Virus record (IMG/VR): IMGVR_UViG_3300029717_000023
Coordinates: 1-37,683 of that record
From: a virus
Strand: one strand, 5' to 3'
Length of the DNA: 37,683 nucleotides
Position numbers and translations under genes: made by a program. The notes under the pieces were generated by a model, which had not been told where the DNA came from, ran no database searches, and was given only the letters and a program-made list of their open reading frames with translations. This document shows positions 1 to 7,114 of the stretch, piece by piece (position 1 is the first letter of the stretch; each line of letters opens with the position of its first letter).

Positions 1-99
1 CTTATGGACTGGCCCCTTTCGGCTGTATCTAATATCGCATAATCGGCAGCGAATGCTGCCGGAAAGGAGAACAGCTTGAGCGTACCAACGTGGAAGAGG
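1..99. repeat. Terminal overlap, identical to 37585-37683 (circularisation/assembly overlap)
   Basis: Base-for-base identity read directly. It contains the VR1 3' end, stop codon, hairpin, and the avd SD and start. Confidence 0.9.
44..61 (+). promoter_or_regulatory. Duplicate copy (assembly overlap) of the VR1-proximal hairpin
   Basis: cggcagc-gaat-gctgccg: 7-bp stem with a GAAT loop. Same sequence as 37628-37645. Confidence 0.7.
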
Positions 100-516
100 T
101 CCACTTCATCTGCAGACTATATATACTACTGCTTTGAGCTGAACTGTAAGCTTGGCGAGATAGTAATGAAGAAAGAAACGAAATATAGAAAAACATACGG
201 CGACCATCTGATCAAGACAGGGCTTGAAGCTCTGTCACATCTGCAGGTCGCCAATTCTATATTCATTGGCAAGACCGCAACGGAAGCTGAATTCAGACAA
301 AGACGTGTACATCTCAAAGAAGCCGTAGGACTTCTTGAACATCTGTCAACGACAGCGTACATATTCATCGAGCTTGTCCGTAACAATGGACAGGAGTCAA
401 ACCAGAAGCTCAACAATCAGGAGGAATATATAGGCTCCAAGGTTGAGGCGATAATCAGGAAGACCAAAGGCATAATAAAGAACGATGCGCAAATTTATAA
501 AAAGTATATTAAGTAA
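76..516 (+). CDS. avd: DGR accessory variability determinant (Avd)-like small helical protein
   Basis: 146-aa ORF between the VR1 hairpin and TR. TTG start 4 nt after SD AAAGGAGA (64-71); alternative ATG at 166. Basic and predicted helical, with size and position typical of Avd. No enzymatic motifs. Confidence 0.6.
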   Translation: MSVPTWKRSTSSADYIYYCFELNCKLGEIVMKKETKYRKTYGDHLIKTGLEALSHLQVANSIFIGKTATEAEFRQRRVHLKEAVGLLEHLSTTAYIFIELVRNNGQESNQKLNNQEEYIGSKVEAIIRKTKGIIKNDAQIYKKYIK

Positions 517-542
517 TTAATATAGCGGTTATGTTCTGCTTA

Positions 543-675
543 AGCGCGGCCAACTGGTGGGAGCGTTCTCCTAATTCGAGCAATTCGACTAATTTCTGCA
601 AAGTCAACTCGAACGGCAACGCCAACAACAACAACGCGTCGAACACTAATGGACTGGCCCCTTTCGGATATATCT
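543..675 (+). repeat. DGR template repeat (TR)
   Basis: Aligns without gaps to VR1 (133 nt) and VR2 (128 nt). All 19 and all 22 mismatches are at TR adenines. By my count the TR has 38 adenines and 13 AAY codons in the VR reading frame. Confidence 0.95.
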
Positions 676-713
676 GTTTTGGCAGGAAAAGTAGCGAAAG
701 CGAAATTAAAGCC

Positions 714-1925
714 ATGAAAAATGAAAAGATACAGGAGAACAATAACCGGGGCGAAAGCCGAAATTGCGCCGTAGTCTGCACCTCAGAGGAGACTGCAGCG
801 GCGGGAGCACCGCATACGGCGCCAACAATTAATGACGTTATATCATTTGACAAAATTCTGCAGGCGGGCATAGCCTGCTGCAGGGGGACGCGATGGAAAG
901 CATCAACGCAGATGTTTGAAGTAAACGTGCTGCGATGGGCAGCAAGCCTGTCCCGGGACCTGCAGGAAGAAGAATATGAAAGCAGAGGATTTAACACCTT
1001 TGAGATCAGCGAGCGTGGTAAACGCAGAAAGATCCAGTCGGTGCACATATCAGAGCGAACGGTTCAAAAGTCGCTTTGCAACAATGCCTTGAAGCCGGCA
1101 CTCACACCTAAGATGATATATGACAACTCGGCTACGCTGAAAGGCAAAGGCACAGAGTTCGCTATAGACAGACTGAAAGAGCACCTGCACAGGCATTATA
1201 GAAAACACGGACTAAAGGGTGGAATACTCATTATCGATTTTAAAGGATACTTCCCAAGCATTCCTCACGACAAGCTGATAAAAATGCTGTCTGCAGAAAT
1301 TGAGGACGAAAAAGTAATGAAGCTTGCAGCATACTTTGTAAACTGCTTTGACGGCGACAGAGGCCTTGGCCTTGGCAGTGAGATATCTCAGATATCAGCC
1401 ATATTTTACCCAACGTATAAGCTGGATAAATACATTAAGGAACAGCTGCATATTAAGGGGTATGGACGATATAACGATGACAGCTATCTCATTCATGAAG
1501 ATATTGAACATCTGAAACATTGTCTGCAGGAGATAGATAATCGCTGTCAGGAACTTGGAATAACGCTCAATGCAAAAAGAGTGAAGCTTATAAAGTTCAA
1601 GGACAGACAGGTGTTCACATTCCTTAAGAAAAGATTTCTACTGACTGTTTCAGGCAAGGTCGTGGTCAGGCTGTCGAAGAAGAATATCGTGAACCAGCGG
1701 AGAAGACTGAGAAAGTACAGGAAGCTCCTTGACGCAGGAGAAATAAAGGAAGAATCCATAATCCAGTCGTATGACTGCTGGCGAAGCTACGCGGAGAAAT
1801 ACAATTCCGAAATGACAGCGAGAAATATGGACAGGACATTCAAAGAATTATTCGGAAAAGAAATGCACAGGGAAGTAATGCGAAGAATGGAAAAGAGAAA
1901 AAGGAGGCGGAAAAATGACGGATGA
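714..1925 (+). CDS. DGR-type reverse transcriptase
   Basis: RT motifs: IIDFKGYFPSI, LGLGSEISQ (DGR-like [LI]GxxxSQ), YGRYNDDSYLI (YxDD). The track ORF starts at 531, but its first 61 codons are the TR read in frame. ATG 714 is the first plausible start; its SD is weak, so the start is uncertain. Confidence 0.9.
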   Translation: MKNEKIQENNNRGESRNCAVVCTSEETAAAGAPHTAPTINDVISFDKILQAGIACCRGTRWKASTQMFEVNVLRWAASLSRDLQEEEYESRGFNTFEISERGKRRKIQSVHISERTVQKSLCNNALKPALTPKMIYDNSATLKGKGTEFAIDRLKEHLHRHYRKHGLKGGILIIDFKGYFPSIPHDKLIKMLSAEIEDEKVMKLAAYFVNCFDGDRGLGLGSEISQISAIFYPTYKLDKYIKEQLHIKGYGRYNDDSYLIHEDIEHLKHCLQEIDNRCQELGITLNAKRVKLIKFKDRQVFTFLKKRFLLTVSGKVVVRLSKKNIVNQRRRLRKYRKLLDAGEIKEESIIQSYDCWRSYAEKYNSEMTARNMDRTFKELFGKEMHREVMRRMEKRKRRRKNDG

Positions 1926-2076
1926 ACAAATAACAAAACAGTTCAAAATGCTAGAAGACAAATACAATGACAAATTCAAAAGGATAGACGATGCCTTAAG
2001 ACTTCTAATAGAGGGAAACTCAAACGCCATAGATGATATTGTGGTATCAATGCTGGGAGGTGACGAGATTGTATAA
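1915..2076 (+). CDS. Small hypothetical protein (53 aa), coiled-coil-like
   Basis: ATG 7 nt after SD AAGGAGG (1901-1907). Overlaps the RT stop. Below the track size cut-off. Confidence 0.4.
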   Translation: MTDEQITKQFKMLEDKYNDKFKRIDDALRLLIEGNSNAIDDIVVSMLGGDEIV

Positions 2077-2212
2077 CAGACTGAAAAGATTATACGAAGA
2101 AGGCAGGATTGACTCTAATGGTCTGCAGGTCGCAGTCAATAAGGGGTGGATAACTCCAGAGGAGAAAGATGAGATCGAAAATGGAAACAGTGGCGGCCCT
2201 GATCAGAATTAA
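2069..2212 (+). CDS. XkdX-like small phage protein (47 aa)
   Basis: TTG start 8 nt after GGAGG. Sequence MYNRLKRLYEEGRIDSNGLQVAVNKGWITPEEKDEI matches the remembered XkdX pattern (...V.KGWIT.EE..EI). Confidence 0.55.
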   Translation: MYNRLKRLYEEGRIDSNGLQVAVNKGWITPEEKDEIENGNSGGPDQN

Positions 2213-2331
2213 CCACGAGCTGCTTGATCTTGTCGACAATCTGTACCTGCTGATCCAGGAGCACATATCTGTAGAGCAGGCAATGGATATTGAGGCAAGA
2301 ATTGAAGAAATTAAAGCGAAAGGAGCAGAAA

Positions 2332-3123
2332 ATGATTAAATGCGGATGGGCATCTCAGGATGAGAGAGGCAGAGCCAGCGGCGGCAAGGCCGGCGATCAG
2401 ACCGGCAGAGAAGTAAAGACTGGAAGCTGGTATAACTTCGGACAGAACTGCGTAATCAGATTTAAGAATGAAGACGAGGGCAGAAAATTTGCAAGGGTTA
2501 TAAAGTCATTATGCAATAATGACTGTGTGGGCTATGATCAAAGCCAGCGGACAACTCTATATGAAGAGCTAAAAAAGCAGGCCTTTGATTATACAAAGCT
2601 GAAGACAAAATGCGAAACAGATTGCTCCGCAATGATTGCTGCAGCTCTTGCGTGCATCGGAGTTAAGATATCGAAGAATGCTTGGACGGGAAACCTTGTT
2701 CCTCTGTGCAGAGCAACGGGCAAGTTCACGTTCCATACCGATGCCAAGTATCTTACAACAGACAAGTATCTGAAGACTGGAGACATTATTCTCAACACAG
2801 CAGCGCACGTTATAACAGCCCTTGAAGACGGTGAAGCGGCGAAGAAAAAAACGGTCAAAAAACCGAGAGTAAGTTACACCGGCAAACTCCCAAACCTTCC
2901 ACCGAAAGGATACATACAGAAAGGTGACACCGGGAGTAATGTAAAGCTGCTGCAGAGCTTCTTAAAGTGGTATGGAACATACACAGGAAGCATAGACGGT
3001 TCTGCGGGACCGAAAACCGATACGGCAATCAGAGACTTCCAGCGAGCTGAGAAGATAACTGTAGACGGAAGCTTTGGCAGGAAGTCACTGGCAACAGCAA
3101 AAAAATATAAGGAGTCAAAATGA
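2332..3123 (+). CDS. Endolysin: NlpC/P60-like cysteine peptidase plus PG_binding_1 domain
   Basis: ATG after SD AAGGAG. Has TDCSAMI (Cys) and GDIILNTAAHVITA (His) motifs. C-terminus GDTGSNVKLLQSFL...IDGSAGPKTDTAIRDFQ...VDGSFG matches a peptidoglycan-binding repeat. Confidence 0.8.
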   Translation: MIKCGWASQDERGRASGGKAGDQTGREVKTGSWYNFGQNCVIRFKNEDEGRKFARVIKSLCNNDCVGYDQSQRTTLYEELKKQAFDYTKLKTKCETDCSAMIAAALACIGVKISKNAWTGNLVPLCRATGKFTFHTDAKYLTTDKYLKTGDIILNTAAHVITALEDGEAAKKKTVKKPRVSYTGKLPNLPPKGYIQKGDTGSNVKLLQSFLKWYGTYTGSIDGSAGPKTDTAIRDFQRAEKITVDGSFGRKSLATAKKYKESK

Positions 3124-3380
3124 AAAAAGAATTTTCACAGCTACTCGTCGCCTTGGTCGTAGCATTTGCTTGCCTATGTGTCATCGCATATTATGTAGCC
3201 GTATTTGCGGGCAAGGAATGCGACAGCGCCATAGGCGTAACGGCACTTGGAACGATTGTAGGAGGTGTGCTGTCGTATCTGCTCTATCAGTTAGGCCTGA
3301 AGAACAGTCGTAATAGGTATGGAATAGACGCAGACGGACAGCCGTATAAAACAAAAATTGAGGAGGAAGAAGATGATTGA
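3120..3380 (+). CDS. Holin-like membrane protein (two TM segments, acidic C-terminus)
   Basis: 86 aa. Hydrophobic stretches LLVALVVAFACLCVIAYYVAVF and ALGTIVGGVLSYLLY. ATGA overlap with the endolysin stop. Confidence 0.5.
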   Translation: MKKEFSQLLVALVVAFACLCVIAYYVAVFAGKECDSAIGVTALGTIVGGVLSYLLYQLGLKNSRNRYGIDADGQPYKTKIEEEEDD

Positions 3381-3693
3381 CTGGACAGAAGTAATAATCG
3401 GGATCTGCAGTATAGTAATCACGGGAATAATGATCCCGCTGATTAATGCGAAAAGGAAGGAAGTAAAAAACAGGCTGACAGACGACCAGCTCGAAGCAGT
3501 AGAATACTGGACAGAAGTCGGAGTGCGCTGGGCTAAGCAGTGGCTCTGGTCAGAATCAGGCCAGAAGAAGAAAGCCGAGGTTACAGACTTCCTCAATAAG
3601 AAGCTAGCAGAGCTGAACCTCAATATGACAGCAGAGGACATAGACAAAATAATAGAAGCTATATATGAGAGAGTGAAAGCAGAGAGTGAATAA
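3373..3693 (+). CDS. Holin, LL-H-family-like
   Basis: ATG after SD GGAGGA. N-terminal TM segment (VIIGICSIVITGIMIPLI) followed by a helical soluble tail, as in LL-H holins. Confidence 0.55.
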   Translation: MIDWTEVIIGICSIVITGIMIPLINAKRKEVKNRLTDDQLEAVEYWTEVGVRWAKQWLWSESGQKKKAEVTDFLNKKLAELNLNMTAEDIDKIIEAIYERVKAESE

Positions 3694-3995
3694 TGGAAAC
3701 AGTAAGCACAATATTAAGCTTCATCGTTCTTCTGGGAGCTGCAGCGGCGGTAATCTTCAAGCTGATTAAGCCAACAGTGGACATCAGAAAAATGGTGAAA
3801 GACCACGATGACAGATTGAAACGGATTGAGCGCCACGAAAAGAATGACCTGCAGGCGCTGGACCACATACAGTACCTGCAGAAAAAGCAGATGCAGATGA
3901 TGGTTGCGCTGCTCAATCATTCAATCGACGGAAACGGAATCGCCCAGATGAAAGCAACAAGAGATGAGATAATAGATCTCATAGCAGAAGAATAG
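3693..3995 (+). CDS. Membrane-anchored coiled-coil protein, lysis-associated by position
   Basis: N-terminal TM segment (ILSFIVLLGAAAAVIF) plus a helical region. Start overlaps the upstream stop (TAATG). Confidence 0.4.
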   Translation: METVSTILSFIVLLGAAAAVIFKLIKPTVDIRKMVKDHDDRLKRIERHEKNDLQALDHIQYLQKKQMQMMVALLNHSIDGNGIAQMKATRDEIIDLIAEE

Positions 3996-4021
3996 AATAA
4001 CAAGATATATATTGACACATA

Positions 4022-4057
4022 GCCCTCTGATTGCGATGCATGACGAGGGCCTTTTTT
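4022..4057 (+). terminator. Rho-independent terminator closing the lysis operon
   Basis: gccctc (4022-4027) pairs with gagggc (4045-4050), followed by cTTTTTT. Confidence 0.6.
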
Positions 4058-4118
4058 AATATTATGCGATAAACACATAATATTGAGATGTGATATAGAA
4101 ATATACTAGATATAGTTG

Positions 4119-4147
4119 TTGACATGTATGATAAAATATAAATAAAA
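4119..4147 (+). promoter_or_regulatory. Candidate promoter of the AT-rich island
   Basis: TTGACA at 4119-4124 with A/T-rich -10-like hexamers about 16-18 nt downstream. The exact -10 is ambiguous. Confidence 0.3.
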
Positions 4148-4174
4148 TAGTTATTTAAATGAATGAGGTATATT

Positions 4175-4594
4175 ATGGCAAAAATTAAAAACTTTATATA
4201 TTGCTTGAATGCAACTTCGGACGATAAAATAGCCAATGCAATGGGTATTCTCTTAACAATTAACCCCGATTATATGCCGGGAAATTTTTCGTTTAGTATA
4301 TTTTTCACAATCGTTGACATTAAAGAAGACTTGCATAATCTTAAGATTGAATTTTTAGACCCAGATGGAGAAGAAGTAATTCCTGCGTTAAAGGGAGAGA
4401 TTCCATATAAGAAGAAAGAAGAAGATAATGAGCTCGATAGCGATTATTCAGGAGTGAATATATCTGCTAATCTGCAAAACGTGAATTTAAAGAAAAACGG
4501 AAAGTATAAAACCGTAATCACATTTGATGGAGCGAAACTAAATGAGTACGAAATACTTGTAAAAGGGAAGAAAATTTTGAAAGAAGATGAATAA
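4175..4594 (+). CDS. Hypothetical protein A of the accessory island (139 aa, probably all-beta)
   Basis: ATG 6 nt after GAGG. AT-rich codon usage. No TM segment and no motif I recognise. Confidence 0.6.
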   Translation: MAKIKNFIYCLNATSDDKIANAMGILLTINPDYMPGNFSFSIFFTIVDIKEDLHNLKIEFLDPDGEEVIPALKGEIPYKKKEEDNELDSDYSGVNISANLQNVNLKKNGKYKTVITFDGAKLNEYEILVKGKKILKEDE

Positions 4595-4596
4595 AT

Positions 4597-5166
4597 ATGA
4601 ATAAACAATTATGCATACATAGAAGTCCTCATATGAATTTTTCTTACGACTTATCTAAGTCTGTTGACAATCCTAGCACTAATGTAAATAAAATTAATTA
4701 TGGAAATGGAATAAATAGCGCAATGCCTAAATATAATAATTATAGCATAGGTAAAAATGATATGTTTGTTAGGTGGCGTTATGATGAATCAAAAGGAGTT
4801 AGCTGCATGGAGATGAATGCTAGGAGCAGCAATTTAAAAAAACTCTTTGAGATAAGCAAATTAGAAGAAGACTGGAATGGTTATAGTGCAAAGAAAATTT
4901 CTAATAGGATTATAGAACTTGCGAAGAGCATACTAGATATAGTTGAGCAACAACCAGAGATTTACCCGACAGGAAGAGGCACTATTAATATGCAGTATGA
5001 GTTGAAAGATAAAAGCTATCTTGAGTTTGAGCTTTTTGATAATAGGATTGAATGCTTAAAAGTGCCCAAAAGAGAGTATTCAAAAGCTGTTACAGAGTCT
5101 ATAAATGAAGAAAATATTGTTCGTGTGAGTAAAATTTTAAAGGAATTTTGTGCTAATAATGATTGA
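4597..5166 (+). CDS. Hypothetical protein B of the accessory island (189 aa, or 119 aa from ATG 4807)
   Basis: ORF starts 2 nt after the stop of A. The N-terminal 70 aa are N-rich and low-complexity. In-frame ATG 4807 has a strong SD AAAGGAG (4792-4798). The C-terminal half contains LEEDWNGYSAKKI.... Confidence 0.55.
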   Translation: MNKQLCIHRSPHMNFSYDLSKSVDNPSTNVNKINYGNGINSAMPKYNNYSIGKNDMFVRWRYDESKGVSCMEMNARSSNLKKLFEISKLEEDWNGYSAKKISNRIIELAKSILDIVEQQPEIYPTGRGTINMQYELKDKSYLEFELFDNRIECLKVPKREYSKAVTESINEENIVRVSKILKEFCANND

Positions 5167-5551
5167 GATAAAAGAAAAATTATACAGAGCGGTGAAAAGG
5201 TCTAAGCCTGATACTCTTAACGATAAAAATAAAGCCACGTCGGCGCTATTTAAAGGCGAAAAAGGAATTTCAGTTGATAGAGATATGGGCAGAGCAGAAA
5301 CGGAAGTGTTAGATGCACTAAAAAAACATTTTAAAGAAAGATGTAAGGCAATAGTGACTTTTCCTGCGCGTGAGTGTAAAGAGAATGGCATACTTATTGT
5401 ACCGACGCCTTCTCAAGGGAATGTATTTCACGCAGAATTGTATGATGGAGAAGAACGCAACGAACTGACAAGTGTACAGTGTTTGATTTTAGCAGACATA
5501 AGTACAACCGTTTACTATAACAATGAAATTCAGTGGACTAATGCTAGTTAG
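5150..5551 (+). CDS. Hypothetical protein C of the accessory island (133 aa)
   Basis: GTG start 5 nt after AGGA (5141-5144), or ATG 5159. Overlaps the 3' end of B by 17 nt, which suggests translational coupling. No recognised motif. Confidence 0.55.
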   Translation: MLIMIEIKEKLYRAVKRSKPDTLNDKNKATSALFKGEKGISVDRDMGRAETEVLDALKKHFKERCKAIVTFPARECKENGILIVPTPSQGNVFHAELYDGEERNELTSVQCLILADISTTVYYNNEIQWTNAS

Positions 5552-5571
5552 TACAGAGTAGAAATTGAAAT

Positions 5572-5606
5572 CCTACACATATATGTCATATGTGTAGGGC
5601 TTTTTT
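5572..5606 (+). terminator. Rho-independent terminator closing the accessory island
   Basis: 11-bp stem: cctacacatat (5572-5582) pairs with atatgtgtagg (5588-5598). Loop atgtc, then gcTTTTTTaTTT. Confidence 0.7.
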
Positions 5607-5622
5607 ATTTGCACTAATCGTC

Positions 5623-5650
5623 AAAGGCTACAAGATGAGAGCCTTTTATT
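5623..5650 (+). terminator. Second weaker hairpin/terminator
   Basis: aaaggct (5623-5629) pairs with agccttt (5640-5646), followed by tattta. Confidence 0.35.
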
Positions 5651-5674
5651 TATAAAATGAAGAAAAACGAAGAA

Positions 5675-5696
5675 TGTTGCACCACCTGTTGTACCT
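5675..5696 (+). repeat. Two copies of TGTTG(C/T)ACC, candidate integrase arm-type sites (left arm)
   Basis: tgttgcacc at 5675-5683 and tgttgtacc at 5687-5695. Same orientation as three copies at 5899-5928. Confidence 0.4.
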
Positions 5697-5730
5697 ATTG
5701 CTGTAGCCCTTGAAAAATAGCGGTTTGCAG

Positions 5731-5780
5731 TTGGTTTCCTAAACCGTGCGTCGGAGGTTCGAATCCTCTCGGGAGTGCCA
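5731..5780 (+). other. attP core: 3' portion of a tRNA-Arg(CCU)-like gene (anticodon arm to CCA)
   Basis: Anticodon stem ttggt/accgt with loop ttCCTaa; variable gcgtc; T arm ggagg-ttcgaat-cctct; acceptor 3' strand cgggagt; discriminator g; CCA. No matching 5' acceptor strand or D arm upstream, so this is a fragment. Flanked by the inverted repeat agcggtttg (5719-5727) / caaaccgct (5785-5793). Confidence 0.55.
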
Positions 5781-5862
5781 ATCTCAAACCGCTTGAAAAC
5801 ATTGATATTTCAGTGCTTTCGGCGGTTTTTATTTTGGTTTCAATTTGCCGTTTTTTGTAAAA

Positions 5863-6960
5863 TCATATGACTGAAAGGTCGTTTGAGGTCGTTTGAGGTG
5901 TTGTACCTAGTGTTGTACCTGTTGTACCGTTTATTAGTTTTGCCGCCTCTAAAATCGTAGAATTATCTGCGTGAGTGTAAATATTTGCGGTCAAAGATAT
6001 ATCGCTGTGCCCCATCAGGTATTGCGCTGTTCTGATGTCGATTCCCTTCTTCTGCAGGTCAGTGCAATAAGTATGCCGCAGGTCATACGGCACAAAATCT
6101 TCCGCCAGGGGGAATGGAGGTATAAGCTTGTTCCTATAAACTCTACAACCCATAGAAATATTCATTTCTCTGTACAGGCTTTTCGTTATTCTCCTGTATG
6201 AAGAGGCATCGTGCTTTTTACCGACATTGTTCGGAGAGATGTAATCAAATTTAGGCGTGTTTTTAATCCTTTGGCACAATATATCGGGGATTGGTACAAA
6301 ACGGTTTGCGTTGTCCGTTTTAGTTCCTCTGATATGCAACACAGGCTGACCTTCAAGCATCTTTACATCCATACCTTTGGCCTCTCTTGCCTCAGACGGT
6401 CTGCAACCACAGTACAGCATCAGAAGAAATAGCACAAATCTGTCGTCATTCTCACATACTTTAAGCAGATGATATCTCTCGCTGTCTGTGATTGATCTTC
6501 GGCAGATCTTAGTTCCGGCTGGCTTGGTTATTTTTTCGGCAGGATTTTTCAAGATCAACTCATTGCTAACAGCTGTCCTAAATATGAAATTGAGCGTTTG
6601 ATGAACTTCGTTAATCTGTCTTTTAGAATTACCTGCCTGCAGATTGAGCACATTCTGGCAGTGAAGAGGCTTCACCTGCTTAAGTTGCATATCTCCGATG
6701 TGCTCCAGTATGCAATGCTTCATACGCTGCACATACTTCTTCTGCGTTTCGTCTGTCTGGTTTGTCTTGTATACCTCTACAGCTCTAAGTGCCCAGTCTT
6801 TGACGAGCATAGTGTTGGCAATCGTAACTTTTCCTTCTTCGAGATCGCGAAGCTTGTTCGCGATTTTTCTTTCAACCAATTTTTCGTTTTCTGCGGTTAC
6901 ATAGTATCTCTTACCGTCAAAAGTAAAAGACCTTGTGATAGAACCTTTTTTTCTTGCCAT
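5863..6960 (-). CDS. int: Tyrosine recombinase / phage integrase
   Basis: C-terminal catalytic signature: RPSEA..., YDLRHTYCTDL, GHSDISLTANIYTH (R..H-x-x-R..Y). ATG 6960 lies 7 nt after AGGAGG; the track ORF runs upstream to 7029. Confidence 0.9.
   Translation of the reverse strand: MARKKGSITRSFTFDGKRYYVTAENEKLVERKIANKLRDLEEGKVTIANTMLVKDWALRAVEVYKTNQTDETQKKYVQRMKHCILEHIGDMQLKQVKPLHCQNVLNLQAGNSKRQINEVHQTLNFIFRTAVSNELILKNPAEKITKPAGTKICRRSITDSERYHLLKVCENDDRFVLFLLMLYCGCRPSEAREAKGMDVKMLEGQPVLHIRGTKTDNANRFVPIPDILCQRIKNTPKFDYISPNNVGKKHDASSYRRITKSLYREMNISMGCRVYRNKLIPPFPLAEDFVPYDLRHTYCTDLQKKGIDIRTAQYLMGHSDISLTANIYTHADNSTILEAAKLINGTTGTTLGTTPQTTSNDLSVI
5899..5928 (+). repeat. Three copies of TGTTGTACC, candidate integrase arm-type sites (right arm)
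   Basis: Copies at 5899-5907, 5911-5919 and 5920-5928. A tandem ggtcgtttga x2 lies at 5877-5896. They overlap the 3' end of the integrase ORF and encode its low-complexity GTTGTTLGTT tail. Confidence 0.4.
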
Positions 6961-7114
6961 TGTATCGCCTCCTATAAATCCGGGCATAAAAATGCCTATG
7001 ATTGACAATAGGGCTACAGCATGATACAATCTAACTGTGTTCGAGTGTTAGAGCCTATCGGCTGTAACCCGTCAGACGTTTCTGCGCCAACAGGAGCGTC
7101 TGTTTTTTATTTAA

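Larger units (their letters stand above)
76..1925 (+). mobile_element. DGR core cassette: avd - template repeat - reverse transcriptase
   Basis: Canonical order directly downstream of VR1 once the circle is closed. See the component features. Confidence 0.9.

Noticed and set aside
531-713. N-terminal 61 codons of the 464-aa track ORF, treated as part of the reverse transcriptase
   Set aside because: This segment is the TR read in the VR frame. It stays open because AAY-rich sequence lacks stops. The RT homology begins well downstream, so the CDS was trimmed to ATG 714. The start remains uncertain and the point is also listed as a low-interest finding.
509-1048. A 179-aa minus-strand ORF across TR and the RT 5' end, and 126-416 (-) inside avd
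   Set aside because: Both are antisense to well-supported + strand features. Neither has an RBS or a recognisable motif.
3074-3313. A 79-aa + strand ORF bridging the endolysin and holin-like genes
   Set aside because: It is out of frame with two better-supported genes. Its sequence is Arg/Cys-rich and nonsense-like.
5700-5780. A complete tRNA gene
   Set aside because: Only the anticodon arm, variable loop, T arm, acceptor 3' strand and CCA are present. No sequence complementary to cgggagt and no D arm lie upstream. It was interpreted as an attP tRNA fragment.
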